Below the pieces are notes generated by a model that saw nothing but the letters and a program-made list of their open reading frames with translations, was not told where the DNA came from and did not search any database. From IMG/VR virus record IMGVR_UViG_2718218211_000001, positions 1-64,000 of that record: a DNA stretch of 64,000 nucleotides; one strand, given 5' to 3'. The DNA is from a virus. Taxonomy: Duplodnaviria; Caudoviricetes. Below are positions 8,885 through 17,456 of this stretch, piece after piece. A program made the translations under genes and the position numbers. How positions within the stretch are numbered: position 1 is the stretch's first letter; each line of letters opens with the position of its first letter.

Positions 8885-9760
8885 CTCCATACACAACAGA
8901 GAAGGGCACCTGCATTGGTCGGCGGCTTGCAGAGACCGCTTTCTTTTTGCCCGGGTGGATTGGGTTATGGGCCCGTCACCCGGTGATGCCCTTTTCTGTT
9001 GCGTAAAAAGGGCGGTACCGAGGTAGAACATTATCTTCGTCCCCCTTGCATAAGGTTGAAGACCTGGTACCGCCAAGACTACACACAGCAATACTGGAAC
9101 TACGGTTACCACAGTCCTAAGCGTGATTTGGTTGTGGTTGCTGGTGCTGAACTCCAGCTCAGTGGCGCGGTGTTTCAATATCGTAACCGCCCGTTCCATC
9201 CGCGTTCGATCAGTCCGTATGCTCGCTTAGAACGTTTCGCCTGCTTATCTTTTCTCAACCGTTTGACGGTCAGCCCCGCCATTCACCACAACGAAGAGAG
9301 CACTGCCGGTGTCCGAATCGAACGAACCTTTTCCCTGCCCAACCCTCCCAACTGAATGGGACTGTCTGGAATCGAACCAGCACTTATGCCTTGCTCGTCA
9401 ATGCTCTCGTCGTTGTACCCTGAAAAAGGCTGGCGGTTACCGGACAAGTGGGAAAACACCGGGCCGCCAGAACAGGGAGTTACTTGTTATTGCTTTGGCC
9501 TGCTTTTAACCACATCAGGCGCGGTGGTAGGTATCTTCGGGTGGGGTGCTAAGGGGGTGATTAGCCATTGCCCTTAACACTCCTGCTGGTTTTGGTATTC
9601 CTGGCTTGGGTATCGCCACCAGCTATAGGAATTTGACTACGAGTTGCGGTTAATCAGACCGCGTCTCTGTTACCCCTCCCGAAGACACCTGTCAGCGAAT
9701 CATCCGGTTATTCATATGCCACCGGCGGCTACTTCGTGGGCGTCCTGCCTGTTCGCTATG
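8885..9760 (-). ncRNA. Long structured pL leader made of tandem stem modules, including a DicF-like terminator-ended unit
   Basis: Consecutive long inverted repeats and no credible ORF; see findings. Confidence 0.55.
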
Positions 9761-9766
9761 GAGTAG

Positions 9767-9818
9767 ACAATAAAATTAATTTGTGTTTTGCGCAAGTGTT
9801 AAATTGCGAAATACGCAA
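9767..9818 (-). promoter_or_regulatory. pL promoter and OL operators
   Basis: TTGCGC-17bp-TATTGT on the minus strand; operators TTGTGTTTTGCGCAA (9781) and TTGCGAAATACGCAA (9804). Confidence 0.7.
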
Positions 9819-9829
9819 TATTGAGGCGT

Positions 9830-9854
9830 AAAAAAACCGCCGTAAAGGCGGTTT
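9830..9854 (-). terminator. cI terminator
   Basis: AAACCGCC-gtaaa-GGCGGTTT with an A run on the left (U tract on minus). Confidence 0.75.
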
Positions 9855-9872
9855 CAACATTGATATGTAGTG

Positions 9873-10565
9873 TCAGGCGTGGCGTTTGAATGATTGAGAT
9901 TGGCTTATCATTACTTTCCCAAAAATGTAAAAACGGTGTTCGTTTGTCTCGTCCACAGACCATTCTCTATATTTTGGGTTATCCGATATCACCAACAACT
10001 TATCAGGTATCATCTGTAATCGTTTGACGTAAATTTTATCATCAAAACCAAATACATATATTCCATCACCATCGAATTCATGAATAGAGATATCAACGAA
10101 GAGAAGATCACCAGGTTCAATTGTCTCAGCCATACTGTCGCCTCGAACGTTGATTACTTTTACTTGATCTGCCGTTCTTCCGCCGAACATCGCTAGCGCA
10201 CGTTCATTGTTGTATTCGATTGACCTGATGACATCAATAATATCGCTGCCTTGAATAAAGCCACCACCAGCGCTGGCACTTACATCAAGAATCTCCACTC
10301 TAAACACAGATCCATCTCCAGAATGTGGGTTACTACCACTGTATTCACATACAGTAGTTTTATTTCCTTCTGGAGTAAATAGATCAGCAACGCTAACGCC
10401 TAAAGCTTGAGCATATTTGCTAAGTGATTGTTCAGTAAATGACTTCTGTTTGCCGGTTTCTACGCGCGAGATGTTCGCTCCGTCGACACCAACGGCTTCA
10501 GCAAGATCAGCGATTTTTAGACCCTTCGCAGTGCGAAGTTCTCTTATGCGGTTTCCTATGTTCAT
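9873..10565 (-). CDS. cI: CI repressor (HTH + S24 autopeptidase)
   Basis: N-terminal HTH, Ala-Gly cleavage site (SAGGG), GDSM and YVKRL catalytic motifs; ATG at 10565. Confidence 0.93.
   Translation of the reverse strand: MNIGNRIRELRTAKGLKIADLAEAVGVDGANISRVETGKQKSFTEQSLSKYAQALGVSVADLFTPEGNKTTVCEYSGSNPHSGDGSVFRVEILDVSASAGGGFIQGSDIIDVIRSIEYNNERALAMFGGRTADQVKVINVRGDSMAETIEPGDLLFVDISIHEFDGDGIYVFGFDDKIYVKRLQMIPDKLLVISDNPKYREWSVDETNEHRFYIFGKVMISQSQSFKRHA
10339..10354. promoter_or_regulatory. LexA (SOS) box inside the cI linker
   Basis: CTGTATTCACATACAG matches CTGT-N8-ACAG. Confidence 0.7.
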
Positions 10566-10585
10566 GCGTCTATTACATGTTTTTT

Positions 10586-10648
10586 TTGCGTGATGTGCAA
10601 AGCAACTTGCGCAAGTCGTATGTTCCAATTAATATGCGTTTTACGCAA
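10586..10648 (+). promoter_or_regulatory. OR operators and pR
   Basis: TTGCGTGATGTGCAA (10586) and ATGCGTTTTACGCAA (10634); TTGCGC-17bp-TAATAT. Confidence 0.7.
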
Positions 10649-10662
10649 TTAAAGGAGGGTAT

Positions 10663-10908
10663 ATGCAATCACCGTTACGAATCTTGCGTAAATCGCAAGG
10701 TATGACTCTTTCCTATGTAGCAAAAGGGGTTGATATCGACCCGGGAAATCTAAGTCGGATAGAACGAGGGCAGCAAATTGCTTCCCTGGATATTGCTGAA
10801 CGTCTAGTCCGTTTCTTCTCGGGAAAAATCAATGAGCTAGAAATCCTTTATCCACATCGCTATTCGAACTGTACAGGCGTGAGTACAGACATAAAACCAC
10901 AGGAATAA
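10663..10908 (+). CDS. Cro-like HTH regulator
   Basis: HTH (DPGNLSRIERG), divergent from cI. Confidence 0.88.
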   Translation: MQSPLRILRKSQGMTLSYVAKGVDIDPGNLSRIERGQQIASLDIAERLVRFFSGKINELEILYPHRYSNCTGVSTDIKPQE

Positions 10909-10918
10909 GGGGTTAACC

Positions 10919-11470
10919 GTGGGTAACGAACCTATTTGGAAAGTTGAACGTCAGCCAGCCTGGCTGGTGGTCGCGATTAAAAAGACGATTACCGATCTGC
11001 CTGGTGGCTACGCCGAAGCTGCGGAATGGTTGGGCGTGACAGAGAACGCATTGTTTAACCGCCTTCGTGTGGATGGGGATCAGATCTTCCCTATGGGATG
11101 GGCGATGGTGCTACAGAAAGCCGCCGGTGTTAGCTACATAGCAGATGCGTTTTCTCGTCAAACAGATAACGGTATTCATATCCCTGGCGCAGCACCAGAA
11201 ACAGAGAACGAAGAAATTGGCTTAAAGCTGGCTGAGCTGGTGGGCAGGCTTGGGGATCTGGTCAACGCATACCGTCGATACATCGATGATGGTGTAGTTG
11301 ATAAAGGGGAGTGGGACAGCCTGAATGAAATCGCCTACCAGTTCCGGGTAACGCTTATGACGTTCCTGAACCTGATTTCACGAGTTTATTGCCTTCCAGA
11401 AAAGAGTGACGCCCGCGAGTGTGCAGCTCCGGGCGCCTTGGCGAACAACTCTTCGAGTATGGAGAAATAA
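10919..11470 (+). CDS. YmfL-like / CII-position regulator
   Basis: LPGGYAEAAEWLGVTENALFNRLR motif following cro. Confidence 0.8.
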   Translation: MGNEPIWKVERQPAWLVVAIKKTITDLPGGYAEAAEWLGVTENALFNRLRVDGDQIFPMGWAMVLQKAAGVSYIADAFSRQTDNGIHIPGAAPETENEEIGLKLAELVGRLGDLVNAYRRYIDDGVVDKGEWDSLNEIAYQFRVTLMTFLNLISRVYCLPEKSDARECAAPGALANNSSSMEK

Positions 11471-11642
11471 TCCGCATGAGCAGTTTAACGGCTTTTAACC
11501 GTCTACCGCAACTCAGGATGATCCCGGTTTCGGGTACTCCGTTGTTTCGGTATGAACGCAGATTATCAAACCGCTGGGTTCCGTGTAACCACAGTAGGGC
11601 GGTTTCAATTGTGGGGGTCTACAACCGGAGGGTAAAACGCCT

Positions 11643-11822
11643 GTGCGCGAACTTAACCGAAGGTTCAAAGATCACCGCGGAGTGCCTGTCCGTGTTATCC
11701 GCTGGGAACCAGAAACACAACGCGTTATCTACCTGCGTGATGGCTACCCGCACGAATGCTTCAGCCCACTTGAGCATTTCAGGCAAAAGTTCAGGGAGAT
11801 AACGGACGATCATGAGCACTAA
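11643..11822 (+). CDS. DUF4222-like small protein (absent from ORF track)
   Basis: GTG start, ...FKDHRGVPVRVIRWE...VIYLRDGYPHEC; overlaps the replication gene start. Confidence 0.65.
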   Translation: MRELNRRFKDHRGVPVRVIRWEPETQRVIYLRDGYPHECFSPLEHFRQKFREITDDHEH

Positions 11823-12669
11823 ATTAACCGGCTACGTATGGGATGGTTGCGCGGCGTCGGGTATGAAGTTGTCTAGTGTCGCGATCATGGCTCGCCTTGC
11901 TGATTTCAGCAGCGATGAGGGCGTGTGCTGGCCGTCCATTGAAACGATTGCTCGCCAGCTTGGCGCAGGGCCGAGCACTATCAGAACGGCAATCGCTAAG
12001 CTTGAAAAAGATGGCTGGCTCACGCGTACACAGCGCCGTAATGGTAACCGTAATGCTTCGAACGTGTACCGCCTGAATGTGGCGAAACTTCAGGCTGCCG
12101 CATTTTCTCAACTGTCAGATTCTGACCCGTCAAAATCTGACGCATCAAATTTTGACGCCTCAAAAACTGACCCGTCGAAATCTGGCAAAAATGGCGGTTT
12201 TGACCCGTCAGAATCTGGCGGGGATCCGTCAGTAAAATCAAAACAAGATCCACAAGTAACTTCAAAACCCTCTTGTCCGGTTGCGGCGCAACCAGACCCT
12301 GAAGTCGTGATTACTGATCAGGCAATTTTGGTTCTGACCCATTTGAACCAGATCAGCGGATCCCGGTATCAGAAATCAAAAACATCCCTGGAGAACATCC
12401 GTGCCCGACTGCGTGAGGGATACAGCGTTGCAGACCTGCAACTGGTTATCGACCTGAAGCATGAGCACTGGCACGAGAACGACGAGCAGTACCAGTACAT
12501 GCGCCCGGAAACGCTGTTCGGACCGAAGAAATTCGAGAGCTATCTGCAAAGCGCTACCCGCTGGGAGCAGAAGGGACGGCCTAAACGCGCTGACTGGGGG
12601 GCGAAAAAGCGCGATGTGATGGCTTTTGGTCCGGTTGATACAACGATTCCTGCGGGGTTCAGAGGATGA
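11812..12669 (+). CDS. Replication initiator (HTH_36 + conserved phage C-terminal domain)
   Basis: CWPSIETIA, YMRPETLF motifs; internal iterons. Confidence 0.88.
   Translation: MSTKLTGYVWDGCAASGMKLSSVAIMARLADFSSDEGVCWPSIETIARQLGAGPSTIRTAIAKLEKDGWLTRTQRRNGNRNASNVYRLNVAKLQAAAFSQLSDSDPSKSDASNFDASKTDPSKSGKNGGFDPSESGGDPSVKSKQDPQVTSKPSCPVAAQPDPEVVITDQAILVLTHLNQISGSRYQKSKTSLENIRARLREGYSVADLQLVIDLKHEHWHENDEQYQYMRPETLFGPKKFESYLQSATRWEQKGRPKRADWGAKKRDVMAFGPVDTTIPAGFRG
12116..12232 (+). repeat. Origin iterons (~15 bp, TGACCCGTCAAAATC-like)
   Basis: Tandem imperfect copies inside the initiator gene. Confidence 0.75.
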
Positions 12670-13985
12670 CGTTAAACAAATATTGCCAGGCGCTGGCGGC
12701 ACTACGTAGCCAACCAGCCCACGAATTGAAAGAAGTTGGCGATCAGTGGCGGACACCGGATCTGCTTTTCTGGGGTATCAACGCGCTATTTGGGCCATTA
12801 GTTCTGGACTTGTTTGCTGACGACGACAACGCGAAGTGCCCGGCATGGTACACCGCCGAAGATAATGCGCTGACGCAGGACTGGTCTGAACGTCTTACAG
12901 AACTGGGTGGCGCTGGTTATGGCAACCCACCGTATAGCCGTTCGCAGTACCACGAGAAACAGGCGATCACCGGCATGACGCACATCATGAACTACGCAGC
13001 AACCCAGCGCGAAAAGGGCGGGCGTTATGTATTCCTGATAAAAGCTGCGCCGAGCGAAACGTGGTGGCCGGAAGATGCCGATCACATCGTATTCATCCGT
13101 GGGCGCATTGGGTTCGATCTGCCTGTGTGGTTTATACCTGCTGACGAAAAACAGAAGCCCACCAGCGCTTTTTTTGCCGGCGCCATAGCTGTATTCGATA
13201 AGTCATGGCGTGGTGAGCGGTTCAGCTATATCAACCGCACAGAACTGGAGGCAAAAGGGCGGGCGTTTATGTCGTTGGCACAATTTTCCGCCAGCAAGTC
13301 TCAGCCTGCAACTGACACACCTCCTGCAGCTGATAAGCCAGAAGCAGAGTTGCCACTCACCCAGAAAGATATTTTTGATGTCAGCGGTGTCGAGGCGTGG
13401 GCATGCGTTAGAGCTGCGTTTGGCGATAAAGAAGAATACACATTCAGTGAATCGAAGTTTGGGCATACCTGGGCGGCGGATTCTGTCGAAGCACCAGAAT
13501 TCACTCAGGTATCACCATTAACGATCGATAAAGCGAAGCTGCTTATTAGTGAGAGTATTTTGTTCGGTGTGGATGAGTGGCTGTTGTCGATTGAATTCGA
13601 TGACGCTGCTGCGCGCCTGGATATGTCGGAACGTATTCGCACTGTTGCCCTTGAAGCATCTGGTGAATATGGCATGAACAGTACTGATTTCATTGCAGCT
13701 ATGGGAAGCCTGGATGTTTCCAGCTGGTCCAATATTCGCCAGATCCGCATGCACATCCGTGATAAAGCTAAACCAGTAGCGGATCCGCTTCCCGAGTCCC
13801 GTATCTGGCCGCTAGAGGTTGGAATTGTATTCGACCAGGTAGACGGCGCTGACATGCTGGATGAATCGCAGCAGAACAAGCTGAAAGCAAACATCAATCA
13901 ACTCTGGCTGGAACGAACGGCCACCAGCGAAATCATTACTGTTGCTTCTGAACTTGTTCGCAATATGCGGGGAGAGATCGCGTGA
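12666..13985 (+). CDS. Phage N6-adenine DNA methyltransferase with C-terminal extension
   Basis: DQWRTP, LDLFA, GNPPYS motifs. Confidence 0.85.
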   Translation: MTLNKYCQALAALRSQPAHELKEVGDQWRTPDLLFWGINALFGPLVLDLFADDDNAKCPAWYTAEDNALTQDWSERLTELGGAGYGNPPYSRSQYHEKQAITGMTHIMNYAATQREKGGRYVFLIKAAPSETWWPEDADHIVFIRGRIGFDLPVWFIPADEKQKPTSAFFAGAIAVFDKSWRGERFSYINRTELEAKGRAFMSLAQFSASKSQPATDTPPAADKPEAELPLTQKDIFDVSGVEAWACVRAAFGDKEEYTFSESKFGHTWAADSVEAPEFTQVSPLTIDKAKLLISESILFGVDEWLLSIEFDDAAARLDMSERIRTVALEASGEYGMNSTDFIAAMGSLDVSSWSNIRQIRMHIRDKAKPVADPLPESRIWPLEVGIVFDQVDGADMLDESQQNKLKANINQLWLERTATSEIITVASELVRNMRGEIA

Positions 13986-14368
13986 AACTGGTCCTGCCTT
14001 TTCCTCCTAGCGTGAACACTTACTGGCGCGCCCCTAACAAGGGGCCGCTGGCCGGTCGTCACCTCATTAGCGCTGATGGTCGTAAATACCAGAGCGCTGC
14101 CTGCGTGGCGATCATTGAGCAATTACGTCGTCTCCCGAAGCCATCGACTGAACTGGCAGCGGTAGAAATCACTCTGTACCCGCCGGATGCGCGCCGCCGG
14201 GATATCGATAATTACAACAAAGCCCTGTTTGACGCGCTGACGCATGCGGGTGTCTGGGAAGATGACAGCCAGATTAAGCGCATGCTGGTGGAATGGGGAC
14301 CCGTAGTGCCGAAAGGTCGGGTAGAGATAACGATCAGCAGATATGAACCGGCGGGTGCAGCCGCCTGA
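13982..14368 (+). CDS. rusA: RusA Holliday junction resolvase
   Basis: LPFPPSVN, RRDIDNYNKALFDAL, DDSQI motifs. Confidence 0.92.
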   Translation: MKLVLPFPPSVNTYWRAPNKGPLAGRHLISADGRKYQSAACVAIIEQLRRLPKPSTELAAVEITLYPPDARRRDIDNYNKALFDALTHAGVWEDDSQIKRMLVEWGPVVPKGRVEITISRYEPAGAAA

Positions 14369-14381
14369 TATGGAGAAAAGT

Positions 14382-15095
14382 ATGAGCCAGTTAATCGTGA
14401 ATGGTGTTGTAACAATGTCCAGCCGTGATATTGCGGATCTGGTTCAGAGTAAACACAGTGACGTGAAACGCTCGGCTGAGCGTCTTGTTGCTGCGGGAAT
14501 TTTAACCGCGCCGTTGGCGCAGTTCGATTTTGAGCATAACGGTAATGTGTACCAGGAGTATCGTTTTAACAAACGCGACTCTCTGGTGATTGTTGCCAGA
14601 TTGTCTCCTGAATTTACCGCCGCGGTCGTCGATCGCTGGCAGGAACTGGAAGAAGGGCAGAGTGTCAGTGTTCCCCGCTCATTGCCGGAAGCGCTTCGCT
14701 TGGCTGCTGATTTAGCCGAGCAGAAAGAGCAACTGACCATCCAGCTGGCAGCCGCGGCGCCAAAAGTCGAGTTTGTTGATCGTTATTGCTCTGCAAAAGG
14801 CTCCATGTCATTCCGGCAGGTAGCCAAATTGCTCAACGCAAAAGAAACTGAGTTTCGTCTGTTCCTTATCGAACGCAATATCCTGTATCGCCTCGGCGGC
14901 ACACTTACCCCCATGGCGCAGCACATTTCCGTGGGAAGATTTGAAGTTAAGACCGGAACATCGAGCACATCCAATCACGCATTCAGCCAGACGCGTTTCA
15001 CTGCCAAGGGAGTACGCTGGATTGGTGGTTTGTGGGCTGAACATATTGCGGGGGGGGGGGGGGGCAGGCGGCGTGAGGGCTTTGTTAACTCCTGA
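14382..15095 (+). CDS. Rha/KilAC phage antirepressor; C-terminus altered by a G15 tract
   Basis: TMSSRDIA, PRSLPEALRLAADL, FTAKG motifs. Confidence 0.85.
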   Translation: MSQLIVNGVVTMSSRDIADLVQSKHSDVKRSAERLVAAGILTAPLAQFDFEHNGNVYQEYRFNKRDSLVIVARLSPEFTAAVVDRWQELEEGQSVSVPRSLPEALRLAADLAEQKEQLTIQLAAAAPKVEFVDRYCSAKGSMSFRQVAKLLNAKETEFRLFLIERNILYRLGGTLTPMAQHISVGRFEVKTGTSSTSNHAFSQTRFTAKGVRWIGGLWAEHIAGGGGGRRREGFVNS

Positions 15096-16063
15096 AGTCG
15101 CCCATCGCATGGGGATTGTGTTGTTTCGTCCCGGCGCGGAACTGATGCACCTCTTCATGCGCGGTCGTGTTCTTCTCGAACCTGAACCAGAAGAAATGGC
15201 GTCATTCAGTACAGGGGCTGTTCCCGCCGCCATTCAGCCGCTGGCTGATGATCCGGTAATGCGGCAGGTCTTCGGGAATGAGCGGGTTATTCAGCGTGCC
15301 GGCGGGCTTCCTTCCCTTGAGCAATGGTTGAGTAATCGGTTTGAATGCCAGTGGCCACATTCATCGTGGCACGACAAGAACTTCATAACAATGCGGCACC
15401 CACCAGGAAGCATTCGTCTGTGCTGGCATTGCGATCACACTTTGTCCGGGCAGCATACCGAACAGCTTGCAGGTATAGCGGCAGGAAACCTGGTATCCTG
15501 GATTCTGGAAGTTATTCGTCGCGATTCTGGTTTTCCCGAGTCGCATATCCTGACGTTGCCGGAATTGTGCTGGTGGCTGGTCAGGAACGACCTGGCTGAT
15601 GTTATTCCGGAAAGCGTTGCGCACAAGGGGCTACGCCTTCCGGATGAGAAGATCCGCTCTGTTATGGGGGAAAGCGACATTGTGCCTTCCGTGTCAGCAG
15701 CCAGCCTCGTGCAGGAGAAGGCGAAGAAGATCCTCACACTCTCTGTTGATCCGGAGTCGCCAGAGTCTTTCATGCTCAGGCCAAAACGTCGCCGCTGGGT
15801 AAATGAGACGTACACCCGCTGGGTTAAAACACAACCCTGTGAGTGTTGCCGACGGCCAGCAGATGATCCGCACCATATCGTAGGGCACGGTATGGGGGGG
15901 GACAGCAACAAAAGCCCATGACCTCTTCGTGATCCCTCTGTGCAGAGAGCATCACGACGAGTTGCATGCTGATCCTGTGGCATTTGAAGCGAAATACGGT
16001 GACCAACTGGTCCTGGTGTTTCGGGTTATAGATCGTGCGCTGGCAATCGGTGTACTGGTGTAA
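15073..16063 (+). pseudogene. DUF968 (YdfU-like) gene with a +1 frameshift at G8 (15894-15901)
   Basis: Removing one G restores GMGGTATKAHDLFVIPLCREHHDELH... Confidence 0.75.
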
Positions 16064-16077
16064 GTGGAGAACGCTAA

Positions 16078-16647
16078 ATGATTAATCCTTCTGAAGTTGG
16101 TAAATCTGGTGAAATGGTTCGTCTTCGTACTCTGGAAAGCATCTGGATACAGGGTAAGCTGCGCATGTGGGGCCGCTGGTCTTATATCGGCGGTGGTAGT
16201 GGTGGGAACATGTTTAACCAGCTACTTGCATCCGGAAAAATAACCAAAACGGCAATTAACGAAGCACTACGCCGCATGAAGAAATCAGGTATCACCAAGC
16301 CTGAACTTGAAGCGTACCTGCGTGAAATCCTTAACAGCAAAAATAAAAGCGGCCTGGCGTTCTGTTCAGACGAAGAAGGGTTGTTAGTGGACGGTGTCAT
16401 TGCTTCTGTACTGATGAATGATGAATACCGTGGACTCTATAGCGTTATCGTCGACCGTCACCGACTCCGGAAGAGCAAACTGCAGATGGCCAACGAGCTT
16501 AATGCAAAACATTCTGACTGGACCCTTATCACATGCCGCCGCCGAATTGACACATGGGTAAGTTTGGCAGAATCGATCCTGTACGCTCCACTTTGTGATG
16601 CTTTTGGCACAAATGGCGACAGATTTAAGTTGCAGAGTGAGCAATAA
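16078..16647 (+). CDS. Late antiterminator Q-type protein (DUF1133)
   Basis: LESIWIQGKLRMWGRWS motif; position before late promoter and lysis genes. Confidence 0.8.
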   Translation: MINPSEVGKSGEMVRLRTLESIWIQGKLRMWGRWSYIGGGSGGNMFNQLLASGKITKTAINEALRRMKKSGITKPELEAYLREILNSKNKSGLAFCSDEEGLLVDGVIASVLMNDEYRGLYSVIVDRHRLRKSKLQMANELNAKHSDWTLITCRRRIDTWVSLAESILYAPLCDAFGTNGDRFKLQSEQ

Positions 16648-16707
16648 AGTGCTTAAATTGTGTTAGGCTCTGGACAGTAAAGCGTACGGAGCAACAGCAT
16701 AAAACAT

Positions 16708-16733
16708 AAACCCGCCACTGTTGCGGGTTTTTT
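16708..16733 (+). terminator. tR'-like terminator after the late promoter
   Basis: AAACCCGC-cactgtt-GCGGGTTT plus T run. Confidence 0.75.
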
Positions 16734-16837
16734 AATTTGAACTGCATCATCAATTCCTTTTATCAACGTTTATCTCTATCTTATTTTCTTTTAAGATTCC
16801 GAAATAATGGTTTTATCATCATTTCGGAGAAATACAT

Positions 16838-17413
16838 TTGGAAAAGTATCTTTACCTTACACATCATGGCTGGGTTGAACCTTGGGTATCTGGTGGTAAG
16901 GTTCCTCTTAGTCAGGCTAGTAGTTATCTTTCAGAAGCAAGAGATAAGATATATACCCCAGATGAGAATATTATTGATAATTCGACACATTCAAAAAATC
17001 AATTCCCTGGTTTAAGAATAGAGGGGGCCTGCAGGGATGTTAAAATTGGTGAAATAATTATTGATAATAAAGTTGTCGCCTCAAATGTGAGTTTTGACAT
17101 CCGTTATGAGGATGGTTTGGTTTTATGCCTTGCTAACAGAAGAAGTAACTATATAGCCAAAAGGCTTGGCAAAGTAGCATGTGTAAGGATACTTGACGTC
17201 AATAGGCTAAAAAAGGTTCTTGATGAACAAATTGGACTTGTTAGCGAAGCAGGGGAATGTAAATACACTAAATACCACTTGCGGAATCACTTTTTGAAAT
17301 CTCATTTAGATTCTTGGCAGGATGAGTTTAGATTATTCTGGAAAAATGCGAATGCTCAAGAGGTAGTTATTCCTCCTGGGATTGCGGTTCAAGAAAGAAT
17401 ACGATGTAGATAA
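16838..17413 (+). CDS. AT-rich moron protein, possible ART-fold (DUF2971-like)
   Basis: TTG start after GGAG; own terminator at 17435-17456; FLKS...WQDEFR motif. Confidence 0.65.
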   Translation: MEKYLYLTHHGWVEPWVSGGKVPLSQASSYLSEARDKIYTPDENIIDNSTHSKNQFPGLRIEGACRDVKIGEIIIDNKVVASNVSFDIRYEDGLVLCLANRRSNYIAKRLGKVACVRILDVNRLKKVLDEQIGLVSEAGECKYTKYHLRNHFLKSHLDSWQDEFRLFWKNANAQEVVIPPGIAVQERIRCR

Positions 17414-17456
17414 CAAATAAATCTATGAATTAAGGCCAGCATATGCTGGCTTTTTT

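Noticed and set aside
8858-9577. Short ORFs in the pL leader as a possible N or kil gene
   Set aside because: No Arg-rich N motif or convincing RBS; the region is better explained by RNA structure.
12116-12232. Short repeats as a CRISPR array
   Set aside because: No unique spacers and no cas genes; in-frame iterons within the initiator.
14941-15072. N-terminal extension of DUF968 in the ORF track
   Set aside because: Overlaps the antirepressor and depends on the G tract; GTG 15073 is the plausible start.
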